Below are positions 60,826-64,000 of a stretch of DNA of 64,000 nucleotides, one piece after another. Every line of letters starts with the position of its first letter. Positions within the stretch are counted from its first letter, which is position 1. The DNA lies in assembly GCA_036824245.1 (NCBI GenBank), contig DAITAO010000001.1, positions 42,964-106,963 of the forward strand, written 5' to 3'. This stretch comes from Gaiellaceae bacterium. GTDB taxonomy: Bacteria; Actinomycetota; Thermoleophilia; Gaiellales; Gaiellaceae. Made by a program: the position numbers and the translations under genes. The notes under the pieces are model-generated. The model saw only the letters and a list, made by a program, of their open reading frames with translations. It made no database searches and was not told the origin of the DNA.

Positions 60826-61194
60826 GTGCGTGCAGAAATGCCCGTTTTCCAGGCATATTCAGGAATTGAGGAACCGCGCTTTGCGAACGACGTCGAGCTC
60901 GAGTGCGCGAAGATCCTCGACTACCACGGCGTGCCGTGGGAGTACGAGCCGCGCACATTCGTGCTCGAGCGCGATAGCGAGGGCCGGGTGGTCGAGGCGT
61001 TCACGCCCGACTTCTACCTGCCTGAACAGGACCTCTACCTGGAGGTCACGACCATGAAGCAGTCGCTCGTCACCCGCAAGAATCGCAAGCTGCGCAAGCT
61101 GCGTGAGCGCTACCCCGAGGTGCGGGCGAAGCTCTTCTACAAGCGCGACATCGAGCGTCTGGCGCAACGATACGGTCTCGACCTAGCCAGCTGA
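60826..61194 (+). CDS. hypothetical protein with PD-(D/E)xK-like motif
   Basis: 122 aa (start at 60826 or ATG at 60838). FTPDFYLPEQDLYLEVTTMK resembles TnsA/Vsr-type nuclease cores. Basic C-terminus. Confidence 0.45.
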   Translation: MRAEMPVFQAYSGIEEPRFANDVELECAKILDYHGVPWEYEPRTFVLERDSEGRVVEAFTPDFYLPEQDLYLEVTTMKQSLVTRKNRKLRKLRERYPEVRAKLFYKRDIERLAQRYGLDLAS

Positions 61195-61214
61195 GCGACC
61201 CGCGGATCGGCGAC

Positions 61215-61766
61215 GTGTACCTCTCCGCCGGGGAGATCGCAGCCCGCGTCTCAGAGCTCGGAGCGACGATCGCCGGGGACTACGAGGGGCGCGAGCCGCT
61301 GCTCGTGGCGCCGCTCAAGGCGAGCCTCGTCTTTCTGGCCGACCTGTCGCGCGCAACGCCGATCCTGCACCACCTCGACTTCGTCGAGCTCGCCCCGTAC
61401 GAAGGGGGCGGCAACGGCGGCTCGATCCGGCTGCTCAAGGATCTCGACGCACCGATCGAAGGCCGTCACGTGCTCGTCGTCGAGGACGTGATCGACACCG
61501 GCCTCACGCTCAACTACCTGCGCAAGACGTTCACATTGCGCCGCCCGGCCTCGCTCGCCGCCGTGACGCTGCTCGACCGGCCCTACCGACGCCTCGTGGA
61601 CGACCTGCCGGTCCCGTACGTCGGCTTCACGGTGCCGGACGAGTTCTTCGTCGGGTACGGCTTCGACCTCAGCGAGCGCCACCGCAACCTTCCCGATCTC
61701 CACATCGTCCTGTCCCCCGAAAGTCAGGCGCGCTTCGCGGGCCATGACGACTTTCCGGGTGGTTGA
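61215..61766 (+). CDS. hpt: hypoxanthine phosphoribosyltransferase
   Basis: 183 aa. PRPP motif VLVVEDVIDTGLTL, then FVGYGFDLSERHRNLPDL. The last ~17 codons lie inside the family 3 repeat. Confidence 0.92.
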   Translation: MYLSAGEIAARVSELGATIAGDYEGREPLLVAPLKASLVFLADLSRATPILHHLDFVELAPYEGGGNGGSIRLLKDLDAPIEGRHVLVVEDVIDTGLTLNYLRKTFTLRRPASLAAVTLLDRPYRRLVDDLPVPYVGFTVPDEFFVGYGFDLSERHRNLPDLHIVLSPESQARFAGHDDFPGG

Positions 61767-61830
61767 CAGACAGACGCCGCGAAGTCCGTCTGCGGCGGCC
61801 CGGCGCGTCGCTTGCAAAGCGGCGAGGGCA
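61714..61830 (-). repeat. dispersed repeat family 3, diverged inverted copy
   Basis: cccccGAAAGTC-aggcgcgcttcgcgggccatgac-GACTTTCcggg, then gacagacgc..gcggcggcccggc. Alignable with the reverse complement of 62963-63071. Confidence 0.6.
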
Positions 61831-61914
61831 CAACCGGATCCGCTCTTTACACTGACTATCACTGTTAACTTCGCGGCCTGCACATCGTCGCGATGCTTCA
61901 CTCGGCCGCGTAGC

Positions 61915-62313
61915 GTGGTGCGGTACGCGGCGACCGTTCTGTACGTGCCCGACGTCGCGGCCGCGGTCGCGTTCTACGAGCGTGCGTTCGGCCTGGAGCG
62001 CGTGCATCTCGACGAGCACGAGAACGGTGCGTACGCCGAGCTCGCCACGGGCGCGACCGTCATCGCCTTCGCATCGCACGACCTCGTCGAGCGTCACGTG
62101 CCTATGCCGTTCAGCAACGCGAGCCGGGAGACGTCTCCGCCACCCGTCGACCTTCTGTTCGTGACGGGCGACGTCCATGCCGCGTACGAACGAGCGGTCG
62201 AGGCTGGTGGCGAGCCGATCACGGCACCGGAGCGCAAGCCCTGGGGTCAGACCGTGGGTCTCCTCCGCGACCTGAACGGATTTCTCGTCGAGCTGTCCAG
62301 CCCGGATAGCTGA
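61915..62313 (+). CDS. glyoxalase/VOC-family protein
   Basis: From VVRYAATVLYVPDVAAAVAFYERAFG (GTG at 61915 or 61918), through PWGQTVGLLRDLNGFLVEL. The upstream part of the listed ORF is repeat-encoded. Confidence 0.8.
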   Translation: MVRYAATVLYVPDVAAAVAFYERAFGLERVHLDEHENGAYAELATGATVIAFASHDLVERHVPMPFSNASRETSPPPVDLLFVTGDVHAAYERAVEAGGEPITAPERKPWGQTVGLLRDLNGFLVELSSPDS

Positions 62314-62347
62314 CAATCACGATTGGCCCTCCAGCAAGCAAAGATTG

Positions 62348-62947
62348 TTACATGCTCTTGTCCCAGCCGGACGGCAGCGAAGGCAGTGGCCAGGCCGGGT
62401 CGGGCCGCCAGTCCTCCCAGCCGGTTGGGACGAGCCGGTCGAGGTCGGCAACAACGCTCTCGGCCTCGCAGCGGACCGCGCGTGCTTCCTCGGCCGTGAA
62501 GTGGCCGTGACGCGTCGCTTCTTCGAAGTGTTCCTCGTCCTTCCATGACCAGGAGCCGTCCGGCTTGATCACGACGTCGAGTGCCTGATCGCGCGTATCG
62601 AAGCCGAACGGCGTCCGCCGTAGCTGCTCTTGGAGGTTCACGTACCAACATCGGAACCGCCAGTCTTCCTCGTCCCAGAACAGGTCGAGCGAATGTGCCT
62701 CATGTAGCGGCGTCAAACAGAGCCGGTGCGTGCGGCTCCAGACGACGTCCCCAAGCGACCAGTCCTCGCCTCCGACGTCTGTGATCCTGTGCAGCGGCGC
62801 CCCGGAGAACAGCTTCCCGCGCGTACCCGGCGCCAGGTAGAGCACGACGAGATCTGCGGTCTCCTCGACAAGGGTGTGCGGCATTGCCGCCCGCACGTGT
62901 CCGCGAAAGACGCTCCGCACGAGCACGGGACCGCCCGGACATCGCAC
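62348..62947 (-). CDS. DUF402-family protein (FomD-like nucleotide phosphatase fold)
   Basis: 199 aa. Has DLVVLYLAPGT, WYVNLQEQLRRTPFGFDTRDQALDVVIKPDGSWSWKDEEHFEEA. Confidence 0.7.
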   Translation of the reverse strand: MRCPGGPVLVRSVFRGHVRAAMPHTLVEETADLVVLYLAPGTRGKLFSGAPLHRITDVGGEDWSLGDVVWSRTHRLCLTPLHEAHSLDLFWDEEDWRFRCWYVNLQEQLRRTPFGFDTRDQALDVVIKPDGSWSWKDEEHFEEATRHGHFTAEEARAVRCEAESVVADLDRLVPTGWEDWRPDPAWPLPSLPSGWDKSM

Positions 62948-62962
62948 CGCGAGAGTAAACCA

Positions 62963-63181
62963 CCGCCGGAGCCGGCTTTGCCCGGCGGCGGCACACCGCG
63001 CGAAGCCGCGTCTGTCCTCAAAGACCTCCGAAAGTCGTCATGGCGCGCGCAGCACGCCGGACTTTCGGAGGCGAGCAGCCGGGCTTTGCCTGGCGCAGGC
63101 ACCGCGCGAAGCCGCGTCTGACTCAAATCCCCTCTGAAAGTCGTCATGGCTGCGGCGAAGCCGCAGCCGGACTTTCAGAGG
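62963..63181 (+). repeat. dispersed repeat family 3, two tandem ~110-nt units
   Basis: Each unit has (c)cggagccgg-ctttg-cccggcg, caccgcgcgaagccgcgtctg, and a long hairpin CCTC(C/T)GAAAGTC...GGACTTTC(G/A)GAGG (63025-63071 and 63131-63181). The 5' module resembles that of family 2. Confidence 0.8.
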
Positions 63182-64000
63182 TAGCCCAGCGGATCGACGG
63201 CGGCGCCGTTGACTCGCACTTCGAAGTGCAGGTGCGGGCCGAAGCAGTGGCCCGTGCAGCCCACGTAGCCGATCGTCTGGCCCTGCGAGACAGAACCGCC
63301 TGACACGGCGAAGCCGGACAGGTGGGCATACGCGGTGGCGAGCCCGCCCCCGTGGTCGATGACGATCAGGTTGCCGTAGCCGCCCAGCCAGCCGGCCGAG
63401 ATGATCGTGCCGCTGGCAGCGGCGAAGATCGGCGCGCCGTGACCGGCGGCGATGTCGATGCCCTCGTGCATTCGGCCCCAGCGCCAGCCGAATGAGCTCA
63501 CCACGGTCCCAGAGACCGGCCAGACGAACCCGGACGAGGAGGGAGCGTCGGTCGATACCGACGCGCTGGGCGAGACCGACTGTGTGGTAGCGGACTGGGC
63601 CGCCTGGATCTGGGCCGTGAGCTGCGAGCTGACCGCCTCGAGCGCACGCGCCTCGGCAGCGTAGCCGTGGTGTGCTTCCTCCACCGAGGCCAGCGTCTGC
63701 TCGCGTGAGCGGTGTGCCGCCGTCAAACCTTCCTTGCGCGAGACGAGCTGTGAGTGGAGCGCGAGCTGCTGGGTCGTGCGGATCGCGATCACGCGCGTCG
63801 CCGCTGCCACGCGCGACTGCGTGCGCTTGGTCTTTGCACGGAGGGCGCGCATCTGGTCGCGGGCAGCTTTCACCTGCGCAGAGATGTGCGCATCCTGATC
63901 GCCGATGTCGCGCACGAAATCCAATCCGTCGAGCATGTCGGAGAAGCTCGCCGCCGAGACGATCACGTCGAGCGCGTCGGGATCGTCCCGCTGATAGAGG
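63175..64000 (-). CDS. M23-family peptidoglycan endopeptidase with N-terminal coiled coil (partial, continues beyond the window)
   Basis: Has HEGIDIAAGHGAPIFAAASG, GNLIVIDHGGGLATAYAHL and GPHLHFEVR. The frame is open to 64000. Confidence 0.9.
   Translation of the reverse strand, partial: LYQRDDPDALDVIVSAASFSDMLDGLDFVRDIGDQDAHISAQVKAARDQMRALRAKTKRTQSRVAAATRVIAIRTTQQLALHSQLVSRKEGLTAAHRSREQTLASVEEAHHGYAAEARALEAVSSQLTAQIQAAQSATTQSVSPSASVSTDAPSSSGFVWPVSGTVVSSFGWRWGRMHEGIDIAAGHGAPIFAAASGTIISAGWLGGYGNLIVIDHGGGLATAYAHLSGFAVSGGSVSQGQTIGYVGCTGHCFGPHLHFEVRVNGAAVDPLGYL

Noticed and set aside
1-64000. tRNA, rRNA, tmRNA, RNase P or SRP RNA genes, and mobile elements with transposase, integrase or phage genes.
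   Set aside because: I saw no T-loop/acceptor-type cloverleaf, rRNA-like conserved block or transposase/integrase-like ORF in any spacer or ORF. A by-eye scan cannot fully exclude small RNAs, so an Infernal/tRNAscan run is still needed.

Overview
Very GC-rich, almost fully coding segment that looks like actinobacterial chromosome (Thermoleophilia/Rubrobacteria-like protein composition; this assignment is inference). No rRNA, tRNA, CRISPR array, transposase or integrase was recognised. All product calls rest on motifs I recognise in the translated ORFs, not on database searches.

Gene content, left to right:
- gltX with a coupled CheY-like receiver, then nfo, a Ca2+/H+ exchanger and ltaE-gcvPB-gcvPA-gcvH-gcvT.
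- The gcv/ltaE genes sit directly downstream of a complete dcw cell-wall/division cluster: mraZ-rsmH-ftsL-ftsI-murE-murF-mraY-murD-ftsW-murG-murC-murB-ftsQ-ftsZ, all on the minus strand.
- A sugar kinase, an ECF sigma factor coupled to ogt, and an ArsR/SRPBCC pair.
- An operon led by a pseudo-receiver OmpR-type regulator followed by two exported proteins.
- ubiB, then queA-tgt-yajC-secDF, and an OmpR/HK two-component system.
- An NhaP-type antiporter and hbd.
- A ~4 kb segment bracketed by inverted copies of a ~190-nt structured repeat. It holds a methyltransferase, an EVE-like protein, a frameshifted LipJ-like hydrolase-cyclase and an aldehyde dehydrogenase.
- A zinc-ribbon/SPOR gene pair, a fused pafBC, queG and an MDR oxidoreductase.
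- An operon metallophosphoesterase / cDPG-synthetase-like / 2-phosphoglycerate-kinase-like / glpX.
- hpt, a glyoxalase, a DUF402 gene and a partial M23 peptidase.

Most notable observations:
1. An archaeal-type cyclic 2,3-diphosphoglycerate gene pair embedded in a bacterial operon.
2. Three families of dispersed, modular, hairpin-rich intergenic repeats. One family ends in GAACC/GGTTC hairpin arrays that abut the -10 boxes of the flanking genes.
3. A recurrent leaderless-type promoter geometry (TAnnnT, 6-7 nt, start codon). Two divergent gene pairs share one palindromic -10.
4. A response regulator that lacks all phosphorylation residues.
5. A single-base frameshift in the hydrolase-cyclase gene.

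Many long ORFs in the six-frame track are out-of-frame or antisense shadows typical of high-GC DNA and were not called. Several real genes start well inside their listed ORF.
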